This document shows positions 36,165 to 49,477 of a DNA stretch of 64,000 bases, piece after piece. Position 1 is the first letter of the stretch, and each line of letters starts with the position of its first letter. Below the pieces are notes generated by a model. It had not been told where the DNA came from. It did not search any database and saw nothing but the letters and a program-made list of their open reading frames with translations. Source of the stretch: Isurus oxyrinchus (lineage: Eukaryota); the NCBI GenBank assembly GCA_026770705.1, contig JANJGN010000121.1, positions 372,001 through 436,000 of the forward strand, in the 5' to 3' direction. Made by a program: the position numbers and the translations under genes.

Positions 36165-38396
36165 AGTTCAGCACTCCCTCAGTACTGACCCTCTGACAGT
36201 GTAGCACTTCCTCAGTTCTCACCCTCTGACAGTGCAGCACTCCCTCAGTACTGAACTTCTGGCAGTGCAGCACTCCCTCAGTACTGACCCTCTGACAGTG
36301 CAGCACTCCCTCAGTACTGACCCTCTGACAGTGCAGCACTCCATCAATACTGACTCTCTGACAGTGCAGCACTCCCTCAGTACCGAACTTCTGGCAGTGC
36401 AGCACTCCCTCAGTACTGACCCTCTGACAGTGCAGCACTTCCTCAGTTCTCACCCTCTGACAGTGCAGCACTCCCTCAGTACTGAACTTCTGGCAGTGCA
36501 GCACTCCCTCAGTACTGACCCTCTGACAGTGCAGCACTTCCTCAGTTCTCACCCTCTGACAGTGCAGCACTCCCTCAGTACTGACCCTCTGACAGTGCAG
36601 CACTCCCTCAGTACTGACCCTCTGACAGTGCAGCACTCCCTCAGTACTGAACTTCTGGCAGTGCAGCACTCCCTCAGTACTGACCCTCTGACAGTGCAGC
36701 ACTCCCTCAATACTGACCCTCTGACAGTGCAGCACTCCCTCAATACTGACTCACTGACAGTGCAGCACTTCTTCAGTTCTGACCCACCGATAGTGAAGCA
36801 ATCCCTCAGTACTGACTCTCTGACAGTGCAGCACTCCCTCAGTACTGAACTTCTGGCAGTGCAGCACTCCCTCAATACTGACCCTCTGACAGTGCAGCAC
36901 TCCCTCAATACTAACTCACTGACAGTGCAGCACTCCCTCAGTACTGACCTTATGACAGTGCAGCACTCCCTCACTTCTGACCCTCTGACAGTGCAGCACT
37001 CCCTCAATTCTGACCCTCTTACTGTGCAGCACTCCCTCAGTACTGACCCTCTTACAGTGCAGCACTCCCTCAATACTGACCCTCTGACAGTGCAGCATTG
37101 CTTCAGTACTGACCCTCTTACTGTGCAGCACTCCCTCAGTACTGACCCTCTGACAGTGCAGCACTCCCTCAGTACTGACCCACCGATAGTGCAACACTCC
37201 CTCAGTACTGAACTTCTGGCAGTGCAGCACTCCCTCAGTACTGACCCTCTGACAGTGCAGCATTGCTTCAGTACTGACCCTCTGACAGTGCAGCACTCCC
37301 TCAGTAATGACCCTCTGACAGTGCAGCACTCCCTCAGTACTGACCCTCTGACAGTGCAGCACTCCCTCAGTACTGACCCTCTGACAGTGCAGCACTCCCT
37401 CAGTACTGACCCTCTGACAGTGCAGCACTCCCTCAGTAATGACCCTATGACAGTGCAGCACTCCCTCAGTACTGACCCTCTGACAGTGCAGCACTCCCTC
37501 AGTAATGACCCTATGACAGTGCAGCACTCCCTCAGTACTGACCCTCTGACAGTGCAGCACCCCCTCAGTACTGACCCTCTGACAGTGCAGCACTCCCTCA
37601 GTACTGACCCTCCGACAGTGCAGCACTCCCTCAGTACTGACCCTCTGACAGTGCAGCACCCCCTCAGTACTGACCCTCTGACAGTGCAGCACTCCCTCAG
37701 TACTGACCCTCTGACAGTGCAGCATTCCCTCAGTACTGACTCTCTGACAGTGCAGCACTCCCTCAGTACTGACCCTCTGACAGTGCAGCACTCCCTCAGT
37801 ACTGACCCTCTGACAGTGCAGCACCCCCTCAGTACTGACCCTCTGACAGTGCAGCACTCCCTCAGTACTGACCCTCTGACAGTGCAGCACTCCCTCAGTA
37901 CTGACCCTCTGACAGTGCAGCACTCCCTCAGTACTGATCCTCCGACAGTGCAGCACTCCCTCAGTACTGACCCTCTGACAGTGCAGCACTCCCTCAGTAC
38001 TGACCCTCTGACAGTGCAGCACTCCCTCAGTACTGACCCTCTGACAGTGCAGCACTCCCTCAGTACTGACCCTCTGACAGTGCAGCACTCCCTCAGTACT
38101 GACCCTCTGACAGTGCAGCACCTCTTCAGTACTGACCCTCTGACAGTGCAGCACTCCCTCAGTACTGACCCTCTGACAGTGCAGCACTCCCTCAGTACTG
38201 ACCCTCTGACAGTGCAGCACTCCCTCAGTACTGACCCTCTGACAGTGCAGCACTCCCTCAGTACTGACCCTCTGACAGTGCAGCACTCCCTCAGTACTGA
38301 CCCTCTGACAGTGCAGCACTCCCTCAGTACTGACCCTCTGACAGTGCAGCACTCCCTCAGTACTGACCCTCTGACAGTGCAGCACTCCCTCAGTAC
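36165..38396. repeat. Large 33-bp tandem repeat array (~2.2 kb)
   Basis: Unit CAGTGCAGCACTCCCTCAGTACTGACCCTCTGA; source of the 724-aa and 489-aa ORFs. Confidence 0.98.
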
Positions 38397-39406
38397 AGGG
38401 TCCTGAATCGTTGGAAGTCTCTCCTTAATCCTTGGGTGTGGAGGATCTCAGAGACTCTCATGTAATTGAGAAGTCACCATGAGCACAGCAGCAGTCAGAA
38501 TAGACAGATCTACAACCCAACACTCACACTTGCTGCACAGTTTCACCACCAAACCACAAGAATTAAGCAAACTGGCTGAAAATAAAGAGATGACAATTCA
38601 GCCTGTGTGGAAAGGTCAGAAGTTTATTGTTTCCTGTTTGTCTCTGATCTGCAGCGCAGATAAATATTAGAAAACCACAGAATCAAACAGCACAGAAAGA
38701 GGCCACTCAGCCCATTGTCCCTGTCCTGGTCTCCTGGGACAGATATCCAATTGGTCCCAATCTCCCATTCTCTCACACTCTGCAAGTATTTTGAAAGATC
38801 CTATTGAATCTGCTTCCACCGCGTTTTCAGGCAGCACCTTCCAGATCACAGCAACTCGCTGTGTACAATAAAACCTAACCTGCCTGCTCAGTGATGGTTA
38901 CTCCCATCTGAGGGGATTTATATTCATGAATTTGGATTCAATCTGGAACAGGAAGAATTTGAAGGACGATGGGGGAAGAGAGGTGGATTGAAACCAATTG
39001 TGTGCTTCTTTTAAAGAGCTAGCACAGCCAAGATGGCATGAATGGCCTCCTGCTATTCTGTGTGATTCTGTGATATGATGAAGAAAGTTCCTTTTCAGCA
39101 ACAGTTTACCTCTTCTGCTGAAACTCTTCATGTTGGAGAAGAGGAAGTGATGGTTTCCATCAGCGTTTAGTGTGTGTTCCAGTTCAGTTTTAACCGAAAC
39201 TCAGTGAAGCGGATGGTGAAGGTCATGAACCCACCACAGCGGCACCTCCAACACATGCAGAGTTCAGGCTAGAGGCGCTTTGTTAGTGTGTTTCACAGTG
39301 TCTGCTGGAGTAGGGTCAGTGCTGAGCTTGGGGACAAGTCAGTCTACAATGCTGCATCGGAATCAACAATACAACAATATGGGGTTTGGATCAGAAATAA
39401 TTTGAT

Positions 39407-39790
39407 CCTCTGACAGTGCAGCACTCCCTCAGTACTGATTCTCCAACAGTGCAGCACTCCCTCAGTACTGACCCTCTGACAGTGCAGCACTCCCTCAGTA
39501 CTGACCCTCTGGCAGTGCAGCACTCCCACAATACTGACCCTTCAACAGTGCAGCACGCCCTCAGGAATGACTCTCTGACAGTGCAGCACTCCCTCAGTAC
39601 TGACCCTCTGGCAGTGCAGCACTCCCACAATACTGAGCCTCTGACAGTGCAGCATTCCCTCAGTACTGACCCTCTGGCAGTGCAGCACTACCACAATACT
39701 GAGCCTCTGACAGTGCAGCACTGCTTCAGTACTGACCCTGCAACAGTGCAGCACGCCCTCAGGAATGACCCTCTGACAGTGCAGGACTCT
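39407..39790. repeat. 33-bp tandem repeat array
   Basis: Same unit. Confidence 0.95.
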
Positions 39791-40083
39791 CAGTCCTGAC
39801 ACCGAGTGCCGGTCTGGTTTGGCAGTCTGAATTTTGCCAAATGAATCTCGAACAGACGACCTTCTCACTCAGACAGCGAGAGAGGGTTTGAAACCCAATG
39901 ACCCACAGGAGAAATTCCTGGTCAATGACTTTCCACTTTTGAGCAGAAATATCATCACAAGTCCAGAACACAAAGGGTTAACAGCTTCAAAAAACTCTAA
40001 ACATGAGCTGCATCCTCACAAAGTGACCACTTCCACATTTTGACTCACAGTGACACATCAACCCTTTCTAATTAAACACACAG

Positions 40084-40168
40084 AGGGAGCAGCACAGGAA
40101 GAGGTCATTCAGCCCAAGCAGAGCGTGTGGGCAGTACCTCCCCAGGCGAGCAGTCGGACAGGTCCTGG
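40084..40168 (+). other. 85-nt putative first/5'UTR exon of gene C
   Basis: CTGG|gtaagt donor; ETS-like ACTTCC and AP-1 TGACTCA (40041-40047) just upstream. Confidence 0.6.
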
Positions 40169-40619
40169 GTAAGTAACGGAACGATTGGAATTCACTTCCA
40201 CGACCAACACCGTCCTTTGTTGATGTTGTGACTTTATAAAGACAGATTCCAATGATTGATGCCTTTGAAAGATTTCTACTGATTATTGAGATCTGGGTGT
40301 GAGGCTCAAGTCTGTTGTACAGAACAACTTTCTAGCTCAAGGGATGAGGGAAGTGCAGAGACATGAGCTTGGGGACGTCCTGAGGTGGTGAAAGGTGCTA
40401 TAGAAATGCAAGTCCTTCAATGTTTTTCTTTCTTAAAGCCTTGTAACTCTCTGCAGAGCACCTATCATCCCACAGAGAATCAAATTAGATCCGTGAAGAC
40501 ATTGTCTAAAAGCAGTTCTGATCTCTCGAGAGCTGTCGGACAAGAGGTGAAGTCTCATTAACTCCTTTCTCTTTCAGAACTTCAGAGTTAGAAGCTGAGG
40601 AAATATCTGGGAGTGGACA

Positions 40620-40659
40620 ATGATCGGGAAATCTTACTTCCTCCTGTCACTTCTCCAAG
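40620..40659 (+). CDS. Gene C signal peptide exon
   Basis: ATGATCGGGAAATCTTACTTCCTCCTGTCACTTCTCCAAG|gtaata; upstream acceptor ctttcag at 40577. Confidence 0.88.
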
Positions 40660-42164
40660 GTAATATCATCGTCAGCTCAAACAGATTTATGGCTAATAGT
40701 CTTTGTAAAAGATCATTCTTATTGAGCTGTGATTGGGAACCGATTCAGCAGTGAGCCAGTGTACAAACTCACACCAAGTCCCATTGACCCATCACCCCTG
40801 TGCTCACTGATATACACTGACTCCCTGTCTGACAGCAGAATTGGAGGAGAGCAGAGATCTCAGAGGGGTGAAGGGGCTGGATGAGGTTACAGAGGTAGGG
40901 ACTGGAGAGGGGGTTGGGGGGATTGGGAATTGAGCATGAGAATCTTAAAATGGAGGCACTGCTTGACTGGGAGCCTATGTAAGTCAGTGTGGATGGGGGG
41001 AAGGGTAGTAAAAGGTTGAGTAGAAAATCAGGATAAAAACTGGAGGATGAAGTCTCTCCCTATGTTAGGTGCCTGATAGCAATATCCTGAAATGTGTCTT
41101 TTGCTGATTTTAGTCAGAATTTCCCATGAAGACAACACAGCAGCTCCTAGAATAGACAGGCTGTTCAGTGTCACACTTCCTGTCCATTCTCACCTTGCTA
41201 GATACTTCAATAAGGGAGCAAGATAACTGAAAGAGAGAAGGAAGGTAAAGCTGTCCGTGTGTAAAGGTGTCAATATACAGTTTGTATATTTGTCTTTCTC
41301 TCGACACATGCAGAGCTCAGGCGAGAGGCGCTTTGTTAGTGTGTTTCACAGTGTCTGCTGGAGTAGGGTCAGTGCTGAGCTTGGGGACAAGTCAGTCTAC
41401 AATGCTGCATCGGAATCAACAATACAACAATATGGGGTTTGGATCAGAAATAATCCCTTAGACAATGAGGATCCAAAGAGATTCCTTAAACAATGAGGAT
41501 CCAAAGAGATTCCTTAGACAATGAAGGTCCAAAGTGCACCAATCAGATTGAATCAGATTAGCCAATCAGCTGTGTTGAAGAGCAGACAGGAATGTTAGGC
41601 TAATTAGTGATTCATGACGGTGATAATGGGGGGAGTTCTGAGGGCTCCTAATCCATTGTCCTGTCTTGTAAATCAGCACTGAATGGATCTCAATGGGTGG
41701 GTCTTGTAGACACTGTGTTGGGTCACATTTAATCATTGACATTAAAGTGATAATTAGAGGCTGCATTTGGACTGAACATGAAGCTGTCACCAGGCCGCTT
41801 GAAATGAAGAATCCAAATGGTCCAGATGAGCAGAGAGCAATAGATTATATTTACATAGCGCCTTAACTGTAAAAAAAACAATCCAAGGGGCTACACAGGA
41901 GCATTATAATACAAGGCACAGTGACACTGTCTCACTGGCTTCACTAAACAGGGTCCTGAGGACCATGAGCCAATGTAGAATGAACTAGTCCACTCCTGTG
42001 TCCAGGACTCTCTTCCATCCATTGTGAAACCTTGGGGAGTACCTTGTGTGTCCTGTAGATGGTCCACACTGCAGCCACTGTGCCCCAGTGATGGAGGGGG
42101 TGGATATTGAGCCTAATGGATCTTCAAAACATCCAGAGTTAAATATTGATATTTCTCTCCCCAG

Positions 42165-42533
42165 TTGGACTGTCACAAGAGTGGAAAGGTGACACTCCCC
42201 GAGAGGTGACAGCGCAGGAAGGTTCGTGTGTACAGATTCCATGTCATTACAGTTATCCATCACATTTGGAAAGCCAACCGCGAGGTGGAGTCTGGTTTAA
42301 TAATGAGAAACAGATTCCCTGGGCTCCCATTGCCTTTCACTCCAAGGATCACAGTCACGAGTTACCACGGTTCCACCATCGGACCCGGCTGTCTGGAGAC
42401 CTGAAAGATGGCGACTGTTCCCTGATTATAAACAACATCAGACGGGAAGATGCAGGACCTTATTTTTTCAGGATAGAATTTGACAATGGTCCGAGCCATA
42501 ACTATTACCCTGTAACCCAGCTTCACGTTTCTG
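42165..42533 (+). CDS. Gene C V-set Siglec domain exon
   Basis: 369 nt, intact; GPYFFRIE. Confidence 0.92.
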
Positions 42534-43392
42534 GTAAGTGCTGTGTTATAATTACTCAACAATTCACATTCAACACTCAATGGGAAATAACACAAACTGT
42601 GACGTTTACATATTAACACAAAACACAGCTTAATATAACACACTGTCTGATTCTCAATAACCTGGTGATAGCTTCCAGTTCAGTCCTAAAGCAACCTCTA
42701 ATACTCACTTTAATATCAATGATGAAAAGCATTAACTGTATTATCAGGTTATCCACTCCCATCAATCTCTCCTGTCCTGTTTAAAAGTCTGACGTATCGA
42801 TAAAAGAAAGATGTGCATTTCTGCAGCGCAATTTACCACCTCAGGTGGATCCAAATCCCTTCACAGCCAATGAAATTATTCCTGAATTGTGGTCACAGAT
42901 GTTAAACACAGCAGGCAGTTTGTGCACAGCAAGATCCAACAAACCACAAGGTGATAAATCACCCAGATCACTGAGGAAATGAGAAGCCAGTGAACTCAAA
43001 CCTCTGGTCTGATGAAGAGTCATACGGACTCGAAACGTTAACTCTGTCTTCCTCTCCACTGATACTGTCAGACCTGCTGAGTCTTTCCAGCAATTTTTGT
43101 TTTTGTTTCAGATTTCCAGCATCCACAGTATTCTGCTTTTAACTCCAATCTCTGGTCTGAGCATCTTCTCTCATCCAGTGTTCTCAATTCACATGTCTCG
43201 GAGTGAACGTGTATTAAGCTGAGAGACAGAAACACTACTGCCAAAGAGCAAGAAAATCTTTCCTGATCATTGTAACCTCTCAGTTCTGATATCATCCTTG
43301 TAAAAGTGCTTTCTCTTGTGGGACTGTGATTTCTATTTGAACTGATGCTTCACGTTATATTTCTCTAAAAGGATCCATTCTCTGTCTGTTAG

Positions 43393-43689
43393 ATTTCACA
43401 GATAAACCCACGATATTCCCTGCTGAAATTATTGCAGGAAAGCGTGTGGATGTAAGCTGCACCTTCAACACAAAGTGCAATGGAACAGCAGCACCTGTCT
43501 TAACCTGGGACACTCCCACTGACGTACCTGGATCCGTCTCAAACACTGTAACTCAGCATGGTGTCACTCTGACCTATACTTCTGTTCTGACCCTGACCCC
43601 ATCACTCAAACACCACGGACACACTCTCAGCTGCAGAGTGAGATATCCATCTGTTTCATCGGAGCGGACCCTCGTACTAACTGTGCAAT
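43393..43689 (+). CDS. Gene C C2-set Ig domain exon
   Basis: 297 nt, intact splice sites. Confidence 0.9.
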
Positions 43690-43909
43690 GTAAGTACGGA
43701 CACCTTTCATTCTACATTAGCTAGAACAGTGTAGATAATGCACAGCAGGATCCCATAGAAAGGTATTCTGATGAGAATCAGATAATCTGTTTTTTAGGGA
43801 AAATAGTGACCAGAACACAATTAATAACAGTTTCTGAACAGTAACACAGCGGCTTTTATTTCCAGCCAAGAGACCGATAGAGCAGAGCAGGAATCGCAAT
43901 GTACTCACC

Positions 43910-44167
43910 CCCTGACAGTGCAGCACTCCCTCAGTACTGACCCTATGACAGTGCAGCACTCCCTCAGTACTGACCCTATGACAATGCAACACTCCCTCAG
44001 TACTGACCCTCTGACAGTCAGCACTCCCTCAGTACTGACCCTCCGACAGTGCAGCACTCCCTCAGTACTGACCCTCTGACAGTGCAGCACTCCCTCAGTC
44101 CTGACCCACTGACAGTGCAACACTCCCTCAGTAATGACCCTTTGACAGTGCTGCTCTCCCTCAGTAT
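43910..44167. repeat. 33-bp tandem repeat array
   Basis: Same unit. Confidence 0.95.
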
Positions 44168-47100
44168 TGCCTTTAAACTAAATAGATGGGGAGAGTGTTC
44201 TGGAGAGGGTATATGTAGGCTTACAAAGCAAAAGGATTTGCCAGCATTGCAGGATAGCTGTTTTGGTGATGATACCCAGTGTGTGACAGGTGGGTACACA
44301 GTGTCCAAACATTAAAATACATCAGCAAATAGAGTCAAAGGGAGGAAAATGATAAAAAGACAAAATTAATGGCTCTTGACTTAAATGCACATAGTATTTG
44401 GAACAAAATAAATGAATTAAAGGCAAAAATAGAGGTTAATGGGTTTGATCTTATAGCCATTATGGAGACATGGTTACAAGGAGATCAAAGCTTTGAAATA
44501 AATATTCAGGGGTATGTGTCTTTTCAAAAAGACAGGCAGGAAGGAAAGGTGGTGGGGTAGCTTTGTTAATAGGAGATGGAATAAGTACGAAAGCAAGAAA
44601 TGATCTTGGATCGGAGGGTATAGAATCCATATGGCTCGAGGTAATGAATAACAAGGGGAGGTAGGAACTGGTGGGAGTGGTCTATCAGCCCCATGACTGT
44701 AGCTCGGCTGTAGGACAGAGAATAAATCATGAGATAATGAGGGCATGTAAAAAAGGCAGTACATTAATCTTCATGTAGATTGGGAAAACCCAATTGGCAG
44801 AGGTAGCCATGAGCAAGAATTCATAGAGTGTATTCAAGACAGTTTCCTGGAATAATATGTCGTGGATCTAACCAGGGATCAGGCTATTTTGGATCTGGTA
44901 ATGTGTAATGAGGCAGGTTTCATACATGATCTCAGAATAAATGATCCCGTGGAAAACAGTGAACATAACCTGGTAGAATTTAGCATTCCCTCTGAGACTG
45001 AGAAACCTGGGTCGGAAACAACTGTGCTGGACTTAAATAAGTGTAATTACAAAGGAATAAGGACAGGGTTGTCTGGAGTGGACTGGGAAAGGGGTTTAGC
45101 AGAAAAGATGCTGGATGAACAAAGCAGATGTTTAAGAAAATAGCTCATGACTCACAACAAAGATATATCCCAGTGAGAAAGAAGGATTGTAGGAAGAGAA
45201 TAAACCAACCTGGGTTACCCAAAGAAGTTAAGGTGTGTGTCAAATTGAAAGAAAAAACATGCAGCACGACAAAGATTAGTGGTAAGCCAGAGGATTGAGA
45301 GAGTTTTAAAAACCAACAGAAGATGACCAAAAAATAAATAAAGAGGGAGAAAACTAGGTAAACTAGCAATTGATATAAAAAAGGACAATAAAAGCTCCTT
45401 TAAATATATAAAAAGGGAGAGAGAGACCAAAGTGTTCATAGGCCCCTTAGAGAACTAGGCTGGGGAAATAATAATGGGGAACCAGAAAATGACAGAGGAG
45501 TTGAAAAAATACTTTGCATCAGTCTTCACGGTAGAACACACTAATATCATTCCAAAAATACTAAATAATCAAGGGGCAAAAGGGGGGTGGGGAGAGGAAA
45601 TAAATACAATAACTATCACTAGAGAATAACGCTAGCGAAACTAATGGGTCTCAAGTCTGATAGGTCCCCTGGACCTGATAGGTTGCATCTTAGGATATTA
45701 AAGGAAGTAGATGCAGAGATAGTGGATGTACTGGTTTTAATCTTCCAAGAATCCTTAGATTCTGGGAAACTCCCAGAGGATTGGAAATCTGCCAAAGTAA
45801 CACCCATATTCAAAAAGGGAGGGAGACAACAAACAGGTAACTATAGGCCAGTTAGCTTAACATCTGTCATTGGGAACATGTTAGAGTCCATTATAAAGGA
45901 TGTAATAGCAGACTATTTAGAAATGCATAATTTAATCACACACAGGCTTCATGAAGGGGAAATCATGCATGACAAATTTATTAGAATTCTTTGAGGAGGT
46001 AACAAACAGGATAGATAAAGGGGAACCAGTAGATGTAATATATTTGGATTTCCAAAAGTTGTTCAGTAAAGTATCACATATAAGGCTACTTAATAAGATA
46101 AGAGCCCATGGTGATGCAGGCAGTATATTAGCATGGACAGAGGATCGGCTAACTAATAGAAGTCAGAGAGTTGGGATAAGGGGGGCATTTTCAGGATGGC
46201 AACCTGTGGAGTGCCACAGGGATCAGTGCTGGGGCCACAATTATTTACAATATATAATTAATGACTTGGATGAGGGTAATTAATGTACTATCGCCAAGTT
46301 TGTGGATGGCACAAAAATAGATGGGAAGGCAAGTGGTGAGGGTGTCACAAAGAGTCTACAGAGAGACATAGACAGGTTCAGTGAGTGGACATCAACTTGG
46401 CAGATGGAATATAATGTGGGAAAATGTGAGCTGCTGCACTGTGGCAGGATGTATAGAGGAGCTGAATATTATTTCAATGGAGAAAGACATTGGAAAGGTG
46501 AAGCATAGAGGAATTTGGGGGTCATCAGAAAGATAACATACAAGTTCAACAGTTAATAGGGAAGGCAGGTGGAATGTTGGCCTTTATTTCAAAGGGAATG
46601 GAGTATAAAAATAGGGAAGACTTGCTAAAACTTTACAAGGCACTAGTTAGACCACACCTAGAATACTGTGAGCAGTTTTGGTTCCCTTATCTAAGGAAAG
46701 ATGTACTGGCATTGGAGGCAGTCCAGAGAAGGTTCACTAGGTTGATCTCAGTAATGGAGGGATTTTCATATGAGGAGAGGTTGAGTAGGATGGGCCTGTA
46801 CTCATTGGAGTTTAGGAGAATGAGAGCTGACCTTATTGAAACATATAAGATTCTTAGGGTGCTTGACAGGGTAGATGCTGAGAGGTTGTTTCCCCTTGTG
46901 GGAGAGTCTAGGACCAGAGGGCATAATCTCAGAGTAAGGGGTCACCCATTTAAGACAGAGATGAGGAGTTTCTTCTCTCAGAGGGTAGTGAATGTGTGGA
47001 ATTCTTTACTGCAGAGAGCTGCAGAGGCTGGGTCATTAATTATATTCAAGGCTGAGATACACAGTTTTTTAATCAGTCAGGGAATCAAAGGCTATGGGGA

Positions 47101-47222
47101 AGAGGCAGGAAAGTTGAGTTGAGGATTGTCAGATCAGCCATGGTGTCATTGAATGGCGGAGCAGAGTTGATTGGCCGAATGGCCTCCTTCTGCTCTGACG
47201 TCTTGTGGTCTTATGGTCTTAT
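44168..47222 (+). mobile_element. Near-complete CR1 ORF2 (endonuclease plus RT, disrupted) with 3' tail, inserted in a 33-bp array
   Basis: LNAHSIWNK...DLIAIMETW (APE); NYRPVSLTSV; YLDFQK; LYKALVRPHLEYC; TCTTATGG-type tail. Confidence 0.92.
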
Positions 47223-47223
47223 C

Positions 47224-48468
47224 ACCCTCCGACAGTGCAGATCTCCCTAATTACTGACCCTCCAACAGTGCAGCACTCCCTCAGTACTGACCCTCTGGCA
47301 GTGCAGCATTCCCTAAGTATTGACCCTCCAACAGTGCAGCACTCCCTCAGTACTGACCCTCCAACAGTGCAGAGCTCCCTAATTACTGACCCTCCGACAG
47401 TGCAGCACTCCCTCAGTACTGACCCTCCGACAGTGCAGCATTCCCTAAGTACTGACCCTCCGAGAGTGCAGCACTCTTCCAGTACTGGCCCTCCAACAGT
47501 GCAACACTCCCCTAGTACTGACCCTCCAACAGTGCAGCACTCCCTCAGTACTGACCCTCCAACAGTGCAGCACTCCCTCAGTACTGACCCTCTGACAGTG
47601 CACCACTCCATCAGTACTGACCCTCCGACAGTGCAGCACTCCCTCAGTACTGATCTTCCAACAGTGCAGCAGTCCATCAGTACTGACCCTCCGACAGTGC
47701 ACCACTCCCTCAGTCCTGATCCTCCAACAGTGCAGCACTCCCTCAGTACTGATCCTCCAACAGTTCAGCACTCCCTCAGTACTGATTCTCTGACAGTGAA
47801 GTACTTGCTCAGTACTGACTATGCGGCAGTGCAGCTTTCACAGTACCTGCCCTCCAACAGTGCAGCAGGTCATCAGTACTCACGCGCCAAGAGGGCAGCT
47901 CTCCCTCAGTACTGACCCTCCCACAGTGCAGCACTACCTCAGTACTGACCCTCCAACAGTGCAGCAATCCATCAGTACTGACCCTCCAACAATACAGCAC
48001 TCCCTCAGTACTGAACTGAAGTGTCTGCCTGAATTAAGTGCTTTGTGGTGAAGGAACCTACATTGATATCACACCTTTCACATTCTCAGGGTCCCTCTTC
48101 AGTACTGACCCTCTGACAGTGCAGCATTGCTTCAGTACTGACTCTCTTACAGTGCAGCACTCCCTCAGTACTGACCCTCTGACAGTGCAGCACTCCCTCA
48201 ATACTGACCCTCTGACAGTGCAGCATTGCTTCAGTACTGACCCTCTGACAGTGCAGCACTCCCTCAGTACTGACCCTCTGACAGTGCAGCACTCCCTCAG
48301 TACTGACTCTCTGACAGTGCAGCACTCCCTCAGTACTGACCCTCTGACAGTGCAGCACTCCCTCAGTACTGACCCTCTGACAGTGCAGCACTCCCTCAGT
48401 ACTGACCCTCTGACAGTGCAGCACTCCCTCAGTACTGACCCTCTGACAGTGCAGCACCTCTTCAGTAC
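47224..48468. repeat. 33-bp tandem repeat arrays (47224-48012 and 48095-48468)
   Basis: Same unit. Confidence 0.95.
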
Positions 48469-49477
48469 AGGGTCCTGAATCTTTGGAAGTCTCTCCTTAA
48501 TCCTTGGGTGTGGAGGATCTCAGAGACTCTCATGTAATTGAGAAGTCACCATGAGCACAGCAGCAGTCAGAATAGACAGATCTACAACCCAACACTCACA
48601 CTTGCTGCACAGTTTCACCACCAAACCACAAGAATTAAGCAAACTGGCTGAAAATAAAGATGACAATTCAGCCTGTGTGGAAAGGTCAGAAGTTTATTGT
48701 TTCCTGTTTGTCTCTGATCTGCAGTGCAGATAAATATTAGAAAACCACAGAATCAAACAGCACAGAAAGAGGCCACTCAGCCCATTGTCCCTGTCCTGGT
48801 CTCCTGGGACAGATATCCAATTGGTCCCAATCTCCCATTCTCTCACACTCCGCAAGTATTTTGAAAGATCCTATTGAATCTGCTTCCACCGCCCTTTCAG
48901 GCAGCACCTTCCAGATCACAGCAACTCGCTGTGCACAATAAAACCTAACCTGCCTGCTCAGTGATGGTTACTCCCATCTGAGGGGATTTATATTCATGAA
49001 TTTGGATTCAATCTGGAACAGGAAGAATTTGAAGGACGATGGGGGAAGAGAGGTGGATTGAAACCAATTGTGTGCTTCTTTTAAAGAGCTAGCACAGCCA
49101 AGATGGCATGAATGGCCTCCTGCTATTCTGTGTGATTCTGTGATATGATGAAGAAAGTTCCTTTTCAGCAACAGTTTACCTCTTCTGCTGAAACTCTTCA
49201 TGTTGGAGAAGAGGAAGTGATGGTTTCCATCAGCGTTTAGTTTGTGTTCCAGTTCAGTTTTAACCGAAACTCAGTGAAGCGGATGGTGAAGGTCATGAAC
49301 CCACCACAGCGGCACCTCCAACACATGCAGAGCTCAGGCTAGAGGCGCTTTGTTAGTGTGTTTCACAGGGTCTGCTGGAGTAGGGTCAGTGCTGAGCTTG
49401 GGGACAAGTCAGTCTACAATGCTGCATCGGAATCAACAATACAACAATATGGGGTTTGGATCAGAAATAATTTGATC

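Noticed and set aside
36232-38406. 724-aa and 489-aa repetitive ORFs, and similar ORFs at other 33-bp arrays
   Set aside because: The 33-bp unit is 11 codons with stop-free frames; the ORFs coincide exactly with satellite arrays on both strands
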